Shown: piece by piece, positions 39,351 to 52,795 of the stretch | How the letters are laid out: every line of letters starts with the position of its first letter | Numbering within the stretch: the stretch's first letter is position 1 | NCBI GenBank assembly: GCA_034780895.1 | Contig: JAUZTB010000098.1 | Location: forward strand, 23,080,113-23,144,112 | Source: Rhynchobatus australiae | Taxonomy: Eukaryota | Direction: 5' to 3' | DNA length: 64,000 nucleotides | Notes under the pieces: generated by a model | Databases searched by the model: none | The model's input: only the letters and a program-made list of their open reading frames with translations | What the model was told of the DNA's origin: nothing | Made by a program: the position numbers and the translations under genes

Positions 39351-40723
39351 CCTTCTGTAAATTGAGGAATGGCTTTAGAGGAATGTGAAGGATAAACTTA
39401 AAATGGCTCTTCTCTCTTGGTGTTCACAATCCATCTCTCGTGTTCGGATGACCCGATCGGATGTGTTGGAAGATAGTTCTGAGAGTAGAGTGGGAAGGGA
39501 GTCTTAATGAGAGTTCCCACTGGTGCAAATCCTGATGGATGGTAGGAGAAGAGAAAAAGTCCGGTGTGGGAAGGATCTTTCATTGTGTTGGCTGCTTTTC
39601 TTTCTTTTCAATATTTTTATTAATTTCACCTAAGTACAAAATGCATGAAACAGAGGAAAAAAATATTACAAAATAGATTATATTGAATCACACTACAAAT
39701 CACAATGCTTCATATCAATAAACAAAAGAAATCAATTGATATTGATAAGATGGAATAATTTTATTATAAAAAAATCTAACCCCACTACCAAATCCAAAGC
39801 TGTTTAATAACATCATAAAGACATAGTAGTATTAGCCANNNNNNNNNNNNNNNNNNNNNNNNNNNNNNNNNNNNNNNNNNNNNNNNNNNNNNNNNNNNNN
39901 NNNNNNNNNNNNNNNNNNNNNNNNNNNNNNNNNNNNNNNNNNNNNNNNNNNNNNNNNNNNNNNNNNNNNNNNNNNNNNNNNNNNNNNNNNNNNNNNNNNN
40001 NNNNNNNNNNNNNNNNNNNNNNNNNNNNNNNNNNNNNNNNNNNNNNNNNNNNNNNNNNNNNNNNNNNNNNNNNNNNNNNNNNNNNNNNNNNNNNNNNNNN
40101 NNNNNNNNNNNNNNNNNNNNNNNNNNNNNNNNNNNNNNNNNNNNNNNNNNNNNNNNNNNNNNNNNNNNNNNNNNNNNNNNNNNNNNNNNNNNNNNNNNNN
40201 NNNNNNNNNNNNNNNNNNNNNNNNNNNNNNNNNNNNNNNNNNNNNNNNNNNNNNNNNNNNNNNNNNNNNNNNNNNNNNNNNNNNNNNNNNNNNNNNNNNN
40301 NNNNNNNNNNNNNNNNNNNNNNNNNNNNNNNNNNNNNNNNNNNNNNNNNNNNNNNNNNNNNNNNNNNNNNNNNNNNNNNNNNNNNNNNNNNNNNNNNNNN
40401 NNNNNNNNNNNNNNNNNNNNNNNNNNNNNNNNNNNNNNNNNNNNNNNNNNNNNNNNNNNNNNNNNNNNNNNNNNNNNNNNNNNNNNNNNNNNNNNNNNNN
40501 NNNNNNNNNNNNNNNNNNNNNNNNNNNNNNNNNNNNNNNNNNNNNNNNNNNNNNNNNNNNNNNNNNNNNNNNNNNNNNNNNNNNNNNNNNNNNNNNNNNN
40601 NNNNNNNNNNNNNNNNNNNNNNNNNNNNNNNNNNNNNNNNNNNNNNNNNNNNNNNNNNNNNNNNNNNNNNNNNNNNNNNNNNNNNNNNNNNNNNNNNNNN
40701 NNNNNNNNNNNNNNNNNNNNNNN

Positions 40724-41322
40724 NTATCTACATACTGAGTCAAGAACCCTTCCTGGACACACCTAACAAACTCCAACCCATCCAAACCACTCACTGCTTG
40801 GGAGATGCCAATCGATGTTTGGGAAATTAAAATCCCCTATCACAACAACCCTGTTATTCTCACACCTTTCTAGGATCTAGCTCCCTATACGCTCCTCAAT
40901 AACCCTGTCGCTATTGGGTGGCCTATAAAAAACACCCAGTAAAGTTATTGACGCATTCCTGTTCCTAATCTCCACCCACAGAGACTCCGTAGACAATCCC
41001 TCCACAGCATCCATCTTTTCCGCAGCCGTGACACTATCCCTGATCGACAGTGCCACTCCCCCACCTCTCTTGCCTCCCTCCCTGTCCTTCCTAAAGCATC
41101 TAAAACCCGGCACTTTAATCAACCATTCCAGCCCTGGAGCCATCCAAGTCTCCGTAATAGCCACCACATCATAGCTCCAAGTATCGACCCAAGCTCTAAG
41201 TTCATCCGCCTTATTGATAATACTCCTCATGTTAAAATAGACACATCTCAAGCCTGTCCGAACACCTTCCTTCGCTATCACCTGCCTACGGTACTTACTC
41301 CTAGCCTCCTCTATCTGAGCGC
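40724..41322 (-). mobile_element. Young CR1 LINE, APE endonuclease region of ORF2
   Basis: YFNMRSIINKADEL, DVVAITETW, GGGVAL, GVFYRPP, GDFNFPNIDW. CpGs retained; one stop codon. Confidence 0.93.
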
Positions 41323-44109
41323 CTGCTGGGTGCTCTGGGAACTTCTTCAAGTCCCCAGAACTTCAGTGGAAGCAAATCATTCTCAATCTCGTCAGAGTGC
41401 TTCACATTAAGAAGATGCCTTTAACTACCTGGGCCCATTGTTCAAAAATTATGTTCCAAACCTCTATATTCTCTGTCTCCTATTTACAGAGGCTCCTTAA
41501 AATCTTTCTCTTCTCTCCTGATGCCTGGCATCCAATTATGTTTAGCAAGTTTCACATGAAGCATTTAGTAAATATAACTGTACATTATTATTGCTGTGTC
41601 ACAATTCCAAGTTCTTGTTGCAGGTGATGAACTCCATGGCATCAGGCAGCATCATTATGATCCTCAGCACATTTGAGCAATGTTCTGTTTTACACAAGGT
41701 CTTTTTATAGGCATATTAGAATATAATTTATAAAAACTATGCAGAAAATTCTTTGTGCTAAGTTATAACAATCCATTGCGTAGGTGGGAGAAATGGTGGT
41801 ATTGCTTGTACAGACCTGGGGGACAAGCAGTCCAAAGGGAGAGAGCCCTTCCTCATGGTTATTGTTTTCTTTTAAAGAAAAAATTAATTTTTTTTGATAT
41901 GGTCAGCTTTCTGAGCTTGAAAAATAACGACATGACTGCTTGGACTGAAGCTTCATCTGAGTTCCTACATTAGCACTAACCTTTATGTCAATCTGTGAAA
42001 TACTGTCAGCAGCAGAGTTTGTGTCAGCACATAAATATTTAAGTATCATGACAAACGCATTATCAAAGTATGTCTGGCATGAATGAGTGACTAGCTTGCA
42101 GGCAGTCTTATCTTTTAGACATTGAGTGAAGACATTTGTTTAAATGCCTGATTTTTAACTTGGTGCACAGTGAAGGACCGTGATTATTTTTGTAATATTT
42201 GTTGAAGAAGCTTTAATAATGTTCACCTCAGCATTTTATTTGGCCTATTTTATTTGAGTTTTGCATTTGTACAACTTAAAAGGCACAGTCTGACCTCCAA
42301 AAATTCCAAGTTGCTTGATTCTTTATGCTTGACAGATGGAACAGAAATGAATGCTGGTATTCATGAAAGAAAATATCATCACCCTGAAGTAATACAGCTT
42401 TCGTGGTTTTTTCCTTTTTTTCCCTTTTCAATTCGTTGTCCTGATGTGTAACATTGAAGAAAAAAATCGTAGCGGCTTAGTACAGAGTCTGAGTATCAAA
42501 GGTTTTGTTCTTCAAGCTTCTCTGAGGAAATTTGCATCAGTGGTTATATCCAGTTTATTCTTAGCTTTAATATCCTCCTGCTTATTAAATATACTGTCTG
42601 TTGATGTGTGCCTGGCTCATAACCCATCTCTTTTCATCATTGTGCTGACTGATGCCCAAGCCCTTGGGTAATGCCCAGTCTAAGCTTGCTGATCTCTAAA
42701 ATTTGCTGAAAGATATTGCGTCTCAGCTTTTAAAAGAATGCAATGAAACGAGTTTTATGGGAATGTAGAGCCCATATAAACTAAGTTAGGCTGAATGATT
42801 CGTTGAAAATATAAAAAACAAAATGAGCATGAAATATTGAAACAACATTTCTCTTATTAAAGTCATGAATAATTTTATCATCTGTTACTCTCATTACCAA
42901 GACTGCATTCATCAGCTTTTCTTCAAAGTCCCCTTCATCCAGAAGAGTGCAAAGACCTGAACTACTGGCATCTTTGTTCCTTGCAACTACTCCAGGGTCA
43001 GCTGACTAAGTATGCAGTTCAGTTGTTTCATTGCTGTTGATTTTCCCCAATACAGAAGATGACACAACATTCTGTCCGACAGCCTAGCATTCCACCTGAT
43101 AGGATTAAGTGTTATGTATTCTTGGCTATGTCAAAAGATTTTGTGTTTCATTAATCTAATCTGCAGAGGATCGTAGAACATTAGCATTGTCAAAATTAAC
43201 TCCAGTATTTTCAATCAGTAATTTTTTTATAATACTGTTTAGATATGGGACCATAACTTGATAAAGGAAACCTGGCTGTTATTCTTTGTTAGTTGAACAA
43301 TGTGAATTTCAAGGTTCCAAATTGACTTGAACTGAATTGGCGAGTAAGGACGAAAGCAGCAGTAATTGACATTGCTCTTCGCATATTTTTTTAATTGATA
43401 GTTACCAAATTTCAGTTCCTTTTAGGAATAATGAATGCAGACTTGTTATGCTGTCTCAGTTTGTGCAATGATCCAATGATTTAAATGGGCAGAATTGTTA
43501 CAGTTTATATTGAATTGTTCGTCTTAAGATGCTGTCAGTGGTTTGTCATTGCTAGAGGGAATTTAGTTGATGAAATCTAGTTCCCTGTTTAAATGTCTAC
43601 CCAGAGNNNNNNNNNNAAAAGCAGCTGTGGACAATAAAATGAAAGGAGGAATTGTGAGTTAACAATGATCTTTTATCTTGACCCCGATCATTAAATCGTA
43701 ACAGAAAGGAATCCCAGAAATTTTCCAGTCAGGACCTTATTCATTTCTGAGCATTGTGGTTGCACTGAAATCCTTTTAACAATAAAATATTAAGTTTACT
43801 ACTGGCCCTCGAGTATATTGTTACAAGTTCACATCAGAGATTCCATGCATTATAAGAGAAATAAAGCTTATTGCATTGTGGTTCAAAATGGAAACCACAG
43901 AAAAATAATGCTGTTCTTATGCCAGCAAAGAGGTGGACCACACTGTATATTGTGTTTGGTGCAGCATTATATCGGAAACATTGTGACTATATCTTTCATG
44001 CACTCGGGAGAGGAATTCCACATGGACTTGGGGTGCTACCTGAGAGTGGTGTACCTTATTGATGTGATTACTCTTGTTTTTGTGACTGGAGTTTATTTAT
44101 TCCCTCTAG

Positions 44110-44198
44110 GAGGATGAAGGGATGGAAGAGAACAACAGGACCGAGCCAGTTATTCGTGCTGATTCTTGCCTCGAGTATGGGCAGAATTTTTCACTTGG
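44110..44198 (+). CDS. PARD3: PARD3 coding exon (human exon 6 equivalent): EDEGMEENNRTEPVIRADSCLEYGQNFSLG
   Basis: Acceptor ttccctctag, donor gtatgc; 89 nt, phase 0 to 2. Resembles human Par3 [31 protein letters not shown] as recalled. Frame continues into the next exon. Confidence 0.88.
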
Positions 44199-44949
44199 GT
44201 ATGCTCACATCAGTAACAATTATTGAATGCTGCTTTACTTGTATGTTGGTNNNNNNNNNNNNNNNNNNNNNNNNNNNNNNNNNNNNNNNNNNNNNNNNNN
44301 NNNNNNNNNNNNNNNNNNNNNNCCTGCTGATACAAAACTGCCTAAATAGCAGCAAAAATTACATTGGTACAAAATCATGTTTATTTAGTACTGTAGGAAA
44401 CAATAGCATACAATTGGTGGCTGAATTTGGTGTTTCTATTGGTATGATTAATATTTGTTGGATGGTATTTTTTGCAAGACTTGTGCATTTCCCTCTACTC
44501 AGATAAAACATTTTAATAATCTCCAGGCTTTAAAAAATGAGCAAAATTCCCCAGAAAATCCTGAAGACCAAGTCCATTATCCTGAAGGCTATGTCAAAAT
44601 GAAGCTAACTTTTCATCTGAGTCTCTTCATGACATTTTTGACTACTGATGCCTTTGCTATACAAAGCAGCATATTTTGTTTGTAATTGATGGGATTGTTT
44701 TCTTTCGACCAAATTCAAGCAGACCAGCCTATTAATAACTAATTATTCTGGTGAAGAAGCTTTTCTGATAAGTTTTAATTCAACAAGGGATTTTGATTGC
44801 TGATGTTTTTCACATTAGATTGGTGTTGTCAGATAATTTTCACATTGTGTTTTCATATTTATTTCATTAATTTTTTAAAAGTTTTTGCTCATTGACCATT
44901 TTTCACACGTAATTGGATTAATACCCTGTACGTTATGCATAAGTTGTAA

Positions 44950-45102
<153 letters not shown>

Positions 45103-46734
45103 TAAAGTAACACATTCTTCATGTTTTTTAGTTTTTCTAATTGATTTCAATTAAATCTGCAGTGTCTAATAAGTATTGTGGTTAAAATAAATGAAACATT
45201 TGGAAAGTTCTGTGCTCGTATTTCAGAAATGATATTTGAGTGCATTGCTTTTATTTCGAGTAGTGGCATTTTACTTTTAGTTCTTTTTATGCTTTGCTGA
45301 AGATTTGTTAATCAAATTAGAAACAAGGGACAAAACAGCAATAATGTTGTTTCCACTGACATTAAGTAGGTATATACCCTTGCCTTGGGTTTGGAAATAT
45401 CCTGGATGAAATAATAACAAACACTGCAGCTTTAAATTTGATACCCTCATGAATTCATCAGTTTCTTTGTGCTTTATCTTGAGCTTTTAGGTCATGCATA
45501 TTATTGCCATTCTAACTCCTGTGTGACAGACCGTCTGCGTCTGAACTGGCTTGAGAACATAGACATAGCAAAATGTTTTTTTCCACTCAACCCACATGAT
45601 TCCCTTTAAACAGCAGTCTCTCTGAGCTTTGATCACAAGGGAAGCATTCATTAAAGCAGTCTTGAGGCAGAAGCATACAATTGGTAATGTATGTCAAGTG
45701 TAAAAAATGTAGAAATATTACCAAAAGAACTTCAGTGCATGAGAATAATGTCAGAATTGATTGAATAATGCCATGCTAAGATGGATAGATGGTGCTGAAA
45801 TCCACTAATAGGGCTTGTTATGCTCAGTGTTTTGCCCCTATGAGTTTTGATGTTAGGTCTTTCTCAGCTCATGAATATCAAACAAAGCTTTAAAATCAAA
45901 ATTGCAATCCAAGCAAACTACCCACACCATGTAAAATTTTGCACAGAGAAATGTGGCTGGGAATATCATTTTCATAACAAGTGGGTTTCCTCTAACTTCT
46001 GAAGATGCTGTTGAATAGAATAACCTCATTTTGAAAGTATATTCTCAGAAAAACTTTCAAGTATTATACCTTGAAATACTATATTTAGACAGCAACTAAA
46101 CCTCATCTGTTGTGCCAGGTTGACTTGAATGAAGTGGTTTTGGTTGATGAGTTTTCCAATTTGTAAGAAATTGTCTCTATTTGTTTCTTTGTGTGACTGA
46201 GCAAAACTGGTTTTGTAAATGTACATTTTTAGTAGTATGAAAATATATGTTATTTGCATTCTAATAATGGGGACAACTGCAAAATAAATCTTTTCCGGTG
46301 ATGAACAAGAGCTTACCACAGCTTTGACAAATGCATGCATCTGTGCAGTTCCACAAAAGCCTGAACCTGGTGTTATATATGTACTGAATATTCAGATAGT
46401 GGTTGTACCTTGTCATTGGTGTTGAACCTTGGAAAGGTCAGGAAAGTTATTTAGTGACAAGCACATCAAGAGTAATGCAAGGCGAGCAGAAAGAAAGTTA
46501 GAATCATCAAAAAGCCCTTTGCCTGTGTATAATTGTTTTTCTGCATGAAATTAGATGATAAAAAGATACAGATTGGCCTTTTATGAGTTCTTTGATTAAA
46601 AAATTGAAGTACAGTAAATTATTAGCTTTTCTTCTGAACTTCCCTTGAAATTAGAAGTTGCATGAAATTTTTCATGGGCTTATCTCTCTTTTGTCCTTGT
46701 TGGAACTAATGTAATACAGTTTCCAGCATCTGTA

Positions 46735-47410
46735 ACAGCATTTGCCTTTTTAATGCCATGGTTAAAACAGAAAAATGTCTTAAGGTGCTTCATGAGGCTT
46801 CAGGGAGATCGTGACAAAAGAACAAGAAAGGAATTAGGGATAAACAAAAATGATCAAAGAGGCAGATTTCAGGATGGTCTTAAAGGAGATGGAATCCAAG
46901 TATTGAAGCCAAGGCTTTATATGATGTGGCAAAATGGATCATTGCACAAAACTAGTGTCATTGGGATTTTGGAATTAGATGTGGGAGTTTGGAAGTGTGG
47001 GGAAACCTGATAATTCGGAGCACTGTAGACCAATGAGAACAGGGGTGATGAGGAGCAAGACTTGGTGCAACGGTATTGCAGCCAGCTGTAAATGTTGTTG
47101 AGAATTGGATGGTTGCCGAGAATAGCCTGAGACTGTGGAATAGTTGCTTCTTAAAATTAAAAAGTAAAGGATTGATCAATCGTTGGTGTGAGTTAAAGGA
47201 CAAAGGCAATGAGATAAGATGGGAGTTACAAAACTATGGAATCAGAAACTCAACTTATGATTATATAGATTGCCTTTGTTAGGAGCCATCTCATTTTGTT
47301 TGAGATGTTGATCAGAAAAGAAGTGGGCTCATGCTATGGTGATGGAATTTGTGGTGGGTCCAAAGAAACTGGCTACAGTCATCCCACAGTTAAACTGGAG
47401 GAAATTTAGT
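46735..47410 (-). mobile_element. Old L2-like LINE fragment
   Basis: Degenerate reversed L2-type tail (aaaatgtcttaaggtgcttca) and purine-rich body. Confidence 0.4.
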
Positions 47411-47559
47411 CAATTTCAATCTGTTTGTTGACCATGCACTTGAGAATGCCAGGTTGATGAAAGGTAAATTAAAGATTGTGGAAAGGTACTTTGCATATTG
47501 CACGTCAAAAAGCATATTGAACCCAGACTAGCAGACAACATATACATAGAAGTGGCAGC

Positions 47560-48960
47560 CAAGTGTGGGGTTATACTATTAGGGAATTTCAGTTTCCCCA
47601 GCATTAATTGGGATTTACATTATGTGATAAGTTTAGATGGGGTGCAGTTCTTCAAGTTCATCCAAGAGACCTTTTGAACCAATATATAAATAGAAGTGCA
47701 AGAGAAGGGGCAGTACTGGAGTTAATCTCAGGGAATTCAGATAGGCAAGTGGTTGAAGTGCCAATGGGAGAACACTTCAGAGATAGTGACCCAAACTCTA
47801 TGTTTCAAGTTAATTATGGAAATGGATTTGAATGGTCCAGAAATTAAGGCCCTGAATTGGGGGAAGGCTGATTTCAATATCATNNNNNNNNNNNNNNNNN
47901 NNNNNNNNNNNNNNNNNNNNNNNNNNNNNNNNNNNNNNNNNNNNNNNNNNNNNNNNNNNNNNNNNNNNNNNNNNNNNNNNNNNAAATTAAGGCCCTGAAT
48001 TGGGGGAAGGCTGATTTCAATATCATATAGGACATGGCAAAAGTTAACTGGGAGCAGCAAATTGCACGTTGGTCCAGACTCAACACTTGGGAATAATTCA
48101 AAAGTGAAATAATGAGAACTCAGAGCCAATATGTTCCCATAAGGGTGAAAGTTAAGGCCAACAGGCTAGGACTTTATTCCTTAGAGCATAGGAGACTGAG
48201 AGCTGATCTTATAGAGGTGTATAAAATCATGAGTGGCATAGACAGGGTGGATCTACTCAGTCTTTTTCCCCAGAGTTGGGGAATCACAAAATTAGAGAGC
48301 ATCGGTTTAAGGTGAGAGGGGAAAGATTTAAGAGGAACTTAAGGGGCAGCCTTTTTATGCAAAGGGTGGTATGTGTGTGGAATCAGCTGCCAGAGGAAGT
48401 GGTTGAGGCAAGCACAATAAAACTTCTAAAAGACTGTTGGACAGGTACATGAATTGGTAAGGATTAGAAGGTTATAGGCCAAACACTGTCAAATGGGACG
48501 AGCTTGGATGGGGCATCCTGGTCAGCATGGACCAGTTGGACCGAAGGGCCTGTTTCCATGTTGTACAAGTCTATGACTCTATGCACAAGCCTAAAGAACC
48601 CTGCATGCCAAGGGAAATTAAAGGTTGGATTAAAAATAAGGAAGTTTATGGCAGATATAGTGCACTGAAAACAGGGGAGGCCCTTCAAAAAGATAGAAAA
48701 TGTAGGAAGGAGGTAAATTCGGAGGGTAGTTGAAGAATTTATGGATAGGATCGGTGAAGTTTTGGAACGTTAAGATTAAAAGGGAGCTATTGGAGGTTTT
48801 GGTGGACTCTGAGACCTTCAGTAGCTTTTATGCAAAAAGGGCAGCAACAGTAAATATTTACAGGCCTTTGAGTCAAATGCCAGTGGTATGAAAGTTATTG
48901 TAAAATCTTTTGAGGGATTGCATTATTCTGTACGTGGAAAGGCAGGAATTAATCAAAGGT
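47560..48960 (+). mobile_element. Older CR1 ORF2 fragment with a nested younger CR1 3' fragment (about 48162-48583)
   Basis: REGAVLELISGN..GEHFRDSD, LNWGKADF; host frame RVKVKAN|KPKEP is interrupted by RLGLYSLEHRRLRADLIEVYKIM plus tail. Confidence 0.88.
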
Positions 48961-48964
48961 TGGT

Positions 48965-49070
48965 ACAAGACAGTGGAGCAAAAAACTAACTACTGGAGGA
49001 AATCAGCAGGTCAGGCAGCAACTGTGGAGGCAGATGGATGGTCGATGTTTTGGGTTGAGACCTTACACTC
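48965..49070 (-). mobile_element. Penelope-derived terminal fragment
   Basis: ctggaggaaatcagcaggtcaggcagca...gtcgatgttttgggttgagacct. Confidence 0.6.
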
Positions 49071-49389
49071 CTGTGCCATCACTGTAAAGGATCATTGGAC
49101 TTGTATATCACGGTCCCTCAATACTCCCAGAGATCCACCATTCATTGAAGATCTTACACTGATTAGACTTTCCAAAGTGCATCACCTTACACTTGTAAGG
49201 AATAAATTCCATCTGCACCATGCCTCCACAGGGCTAATCTTGAATGCCGCTTGCTCCCTCAAGGTGTAGATTTCTAAAATATAGTTCCTTATAATCATTT
49301 CTATCTGTTATCTTGCTCTTTATGTTAGAATAAGTTCCTCCAATGTTACATGTCTACATGCACCCATTTTTCTAAAGATTGTTTGTGTC

Positions 49390-49560
49390 ACTTTCACCCA
49401 AGTCAGAAGATTGAAAGTTAGGATCCTTTCCAGGATGATTAAGACACTGTAATATTGATGGGTATTTAATTGCATTGACTGAGGTTTGTCTTCCAGATGA
49501 AGTGCAAATGCAAGCTTTCTTTTAATTGTTCAAGTATGAAGAAGTTTCCATATCACTATC
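49390..49560 (+). mobile_element. Ancient Deu-domain SINE fragment
   Basis: gtcagaagattg head and gtcttccagatgaag motif. Confidence 0.35.
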
Positions 49561-51132
49561 TTGATTATGAAGTCCTCTCAGTTTAGAGAATCCTTCAGCT
49601 CACACCTTTTAATAAAAAATAGTATTCTATCATTCATTTACTATTTCTAAATTTTGACCATGTTAGAATTTCATGCCTTTGTATAAAGCAGTAAATGCAC
49701 TTCATTGATTTGTTAATAGTGAAATTGGTATAAATTGAAGTTACATATTGATCAGATTACTTTTGTTCACTTTGACAAATAAATAGCACACAAATTACAT
49801 CTTTTAGGTTTGTAAGATAATTGTTTAATTTGACGAGCAAGTAATGAAGCTCAAGCACATGTCCCAAGCAGGTGTGCTAATCAAGTGTGAAAAGACATCA
49901 TGGCCAGCACTTGGGAACAACATGTGGGTGACTATAGCTGGTTCACCTGCACTTCTACAGAATCACCATTCTTTAAATTGCACTTGACAGCCTGAATTGA
50001 TAGCCATGAGGTATTGAGGTGGATTAAACTGGTAGTGATGTGTACAAATGCCGTGTTACATCCAGCTGTGAGAAACATCCCAAGTATTGCTACAATCCCA
50101 GCTTGCAATCATTCACTGCAGTGCTCCTATCACATATCGTGCTATTTACCTCGTGTCATCATTTATGAAGATGAACTGGAATCACTTTACTTTGGTTAGG
50201 CAGTTAATTTATGTGACTCTCACTTTTTAAGCCTTGGCATCTACCTCGGGCAATTCCAATCCTTATTTAAAAGAATGTTTCAATTTCCTAGCACTAACTG
50301 CTGTCAGCAGAAATAATTTGTGTGAATTGTTAAAAGTGACTTGATATAGTTTACACTAATTAAGCTGTAACACTAGCTGCCTGCTGCACTAGTTTAGAGT
50401 AATTTTACAGGATAGGAAATAGCAACTGAATTAAGGGTCAGGACTTAGTACCTTCTCTGTCAGGTGTTCAGTGGAATCTTGAAGTACTCAATAAGAAGGT
50501 GCTAAAAATAAATTCTTAGCTTTTCAGAAATAAAGTTATAGTTCCTTTCTTGTACTGGGCACTATGTTGCTTCTTCCTGTTTTCACAGAATCCCAACATG
50601 ATTGTAGTACCAAAACAGGCCCTTTGGCCACTCATAGCAACTCTGTGCAAGGGCAGTCCAGCTAGTTCCACTACTCCATCCTTCACCCAGAGCCCTGCAA
50701 ATTCTTTTCTTTCAGATCTGCACCCAGGTCCCTTTTAAATATTGCAACTGAACTTGCCTCCAGAACTGTACCCTAACCAAACTTCATGTAAATTGAAAAA
50801 ATATCCTTGTTAGTTTTGATTCTTTCATTTTATATTCATTGATTCTTGATACTTTGCAGATGGGAAGAACTATCTATACTATATATTTTGTGCAGATATC
50901 CATTATACATTTACTGCTTACATTGAAAGTAATTAATTATTCTTAAGGGTAGAGATATTGCTATAAAATAATAAATTGTCCTTCCTACTGTACAAACTTA
51001 AATCTAAACATACAGGTTAGTATCCAATATATTTATTCTGAGGAATGGCTTCAGAAACACTTTAAATACCTGTTTGCTTTCCTGTGGATGAAGAGAGTGT
51101 GTATTTTTTGAATATGCAGAAGACTGATGCCA

Positions 51133-51497
51133 GGGGGCGGCACGGTAGTGTAGTGGTTAGCACGACGCTATTACAGCACCAGCGACCCGGGTTCGATTCC
51201 CGCCGCTGCCTGTAANNNNNNNNNNNNNNNNNNNNNNNNNNNNNNNNNNNNNNNNNNNNNNNNNNNNNNNNNNNNNNNNNNNNNNNNNNNNNNNNNNNNN
51301 NNNNNNNNNNNNNNNGTAAGGAGTTTGTACGTTCTCCCGTGTCTGTGTGGGTTTCCTCCGGGTGCTCTGGTTTCCTCCCACATTCCAAAGACGTACAGGT
51401 AGGTTAATTCGGGGGTTTACAATGGGAGGTGTGGACTTGTTGGGCTGGAAGGGCCTGTTACCGCACTGTAAATAAAATTTAAATTTAAAATTTAAAT
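51133..51497 (+). mobile_element. Young V-SINE (HE1-like), CR1-type tail A
   Basis: A box gtgtagtggttagc, B box ggttcgattcc, V domain, tail ggacttgttgggctggaagggcctgtt, (AAATTT)n end. Split by a 100-N gap. Confidence 0.92.
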
Positions 51498-51639
51498 GTA
51501 CAAAATGGAAAAAAAACCTGAAAAGGCAAAGAAGATCATTGCTCTCATGTAATGTCTTCTGGATCTCTCCCAAGAAACCATGAGTCGCACAAGTTACAGT
51601 AAATGAAGCAACAAATGAAATGCCTATCTTGTTGATCCA

Positions 51640-51850
51640 TTTTGAAGGTGTTTGAAGAAGGAATATTATCTGAACACCTGGAGAAGCTCTAATCTTCATA
51701 CAATGCTCTTACATCTTTTATGTCCACCTGTACAAGCAGATGTGACCTCAATTTAATTCAAAATCAACACCTCCAAAAACACTGATTGTACACAGTATTG
51801 TGATGTACAAGCTGAAGTTGTGTGCTATGGGCTAGGAATTTGACTTAATT
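51640..51850 (-). mobile_element. Ancient Deu-domain SINE fragment
   Basis: atcttttatgtccacctg...gcagatgtgacctcaatttaa..cacctcc. Confidence 0.55.
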
Positions 51851-52363
51851 AAATAGCTCTTGTATTCCATGAGTCATTTATGAAGCCATTCCTCACAAAG
51901 AGTGAACTGGAAATTCTGCTGTTCTGTGTTTTTAGATTTAATTTTGTGTGATACGAAGGACTGAAATGTTTTTTAACCAACTTGGCCTGGAATTCTAAAT
52001 TTAAGTAAGCTGCAGAACAGCAATAATTATCTGCATCTCTTTAGAACAAATATGTTGTGTTTAACTTTAGACAGTGTTTTGGCAAAAATGTTTATGTCAC
52101 TTTGGTGCAGCATTCCTATTTTAAAGCATATATAAAATGTAGATTTTTTGTAATTGATAACACAATTCAATATACTTATCATAGACTAAGATGAGGATTG
52201 TGTCACGTTGAAATGCCCAATCTTTCTTAATGTAACATGGTTTTCAAAAGCCAAACTGAATATAAATATTGATATATTGCCAGAACTGGAGAAAATTTTG
52301 CCTAGTATTTGATGTACTGTACGTTCAAGTGTTAAATGAAGAGCTGTAATCATTTTCTTGTAG

Positions 52364-52451
52364 GACCCTGGGGTTATTGGTGAAGCGTCTGGAAAAAGGT
52401 GGCAAGGCTGAGCGGGAANNNNNNNNNNTTGCGAAATATAAGATTTGAGCA
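52364..52451 (+). CDS. PARD3: PARD3 exon (exon 8 equivalent), PDZ1: TLGLLVKRLEKGGKAERE-[N gap]-LRNIRFEQ
   Basis: Acceptor ttttcttgtag, donor gtacgt. Both halves match Par3 PDZ1. Interrupted by a 10-N gap at 52419-52428. Confidence 0.95.
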
Positions 52452-52795
52452 GTACGTATCTACATGGTGTATGTTTAAATCTAATTCCTATGACAAGGTA
52501 GACCCATACCTTACATATCGTTCAGTTTAATTAATTGCACCTGCTTTTATCTTTCAATATAATTTCACCATTTTTTTAATGTTCATTAACTGGTACCTGA
52601 CTGCTAATCTCTCAGCGTACATAAATATTAAATGTCACTTATGTAAATAAAAGTTCAATCAATTTAATATTTAGTGAGTTGGTGCATTGCATTAAAAGCC
52701 TTCCATACTACGTAATTAAAGATTGTAATTATGTTAATAATCTCTATCAAGACTGACTGTCTTAATTTGTTAATTTCTCTCTTTCCTAAATCCAG

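Noticed and set aside
1-44109. Upstream PARD3 exon (SLSASHPM..WLEKQEQ type); look-alikes at about 535 and 31005
   Set aside because: Neither has the upstream peptide or a donor, and the second lies in a Penelope repeat. The exon is probably outside the window or in a gap.
51133-51205. tRNA gene
   Set aside because: The A and B boxes belong to a V-SINE head, directly followed by the V domain.
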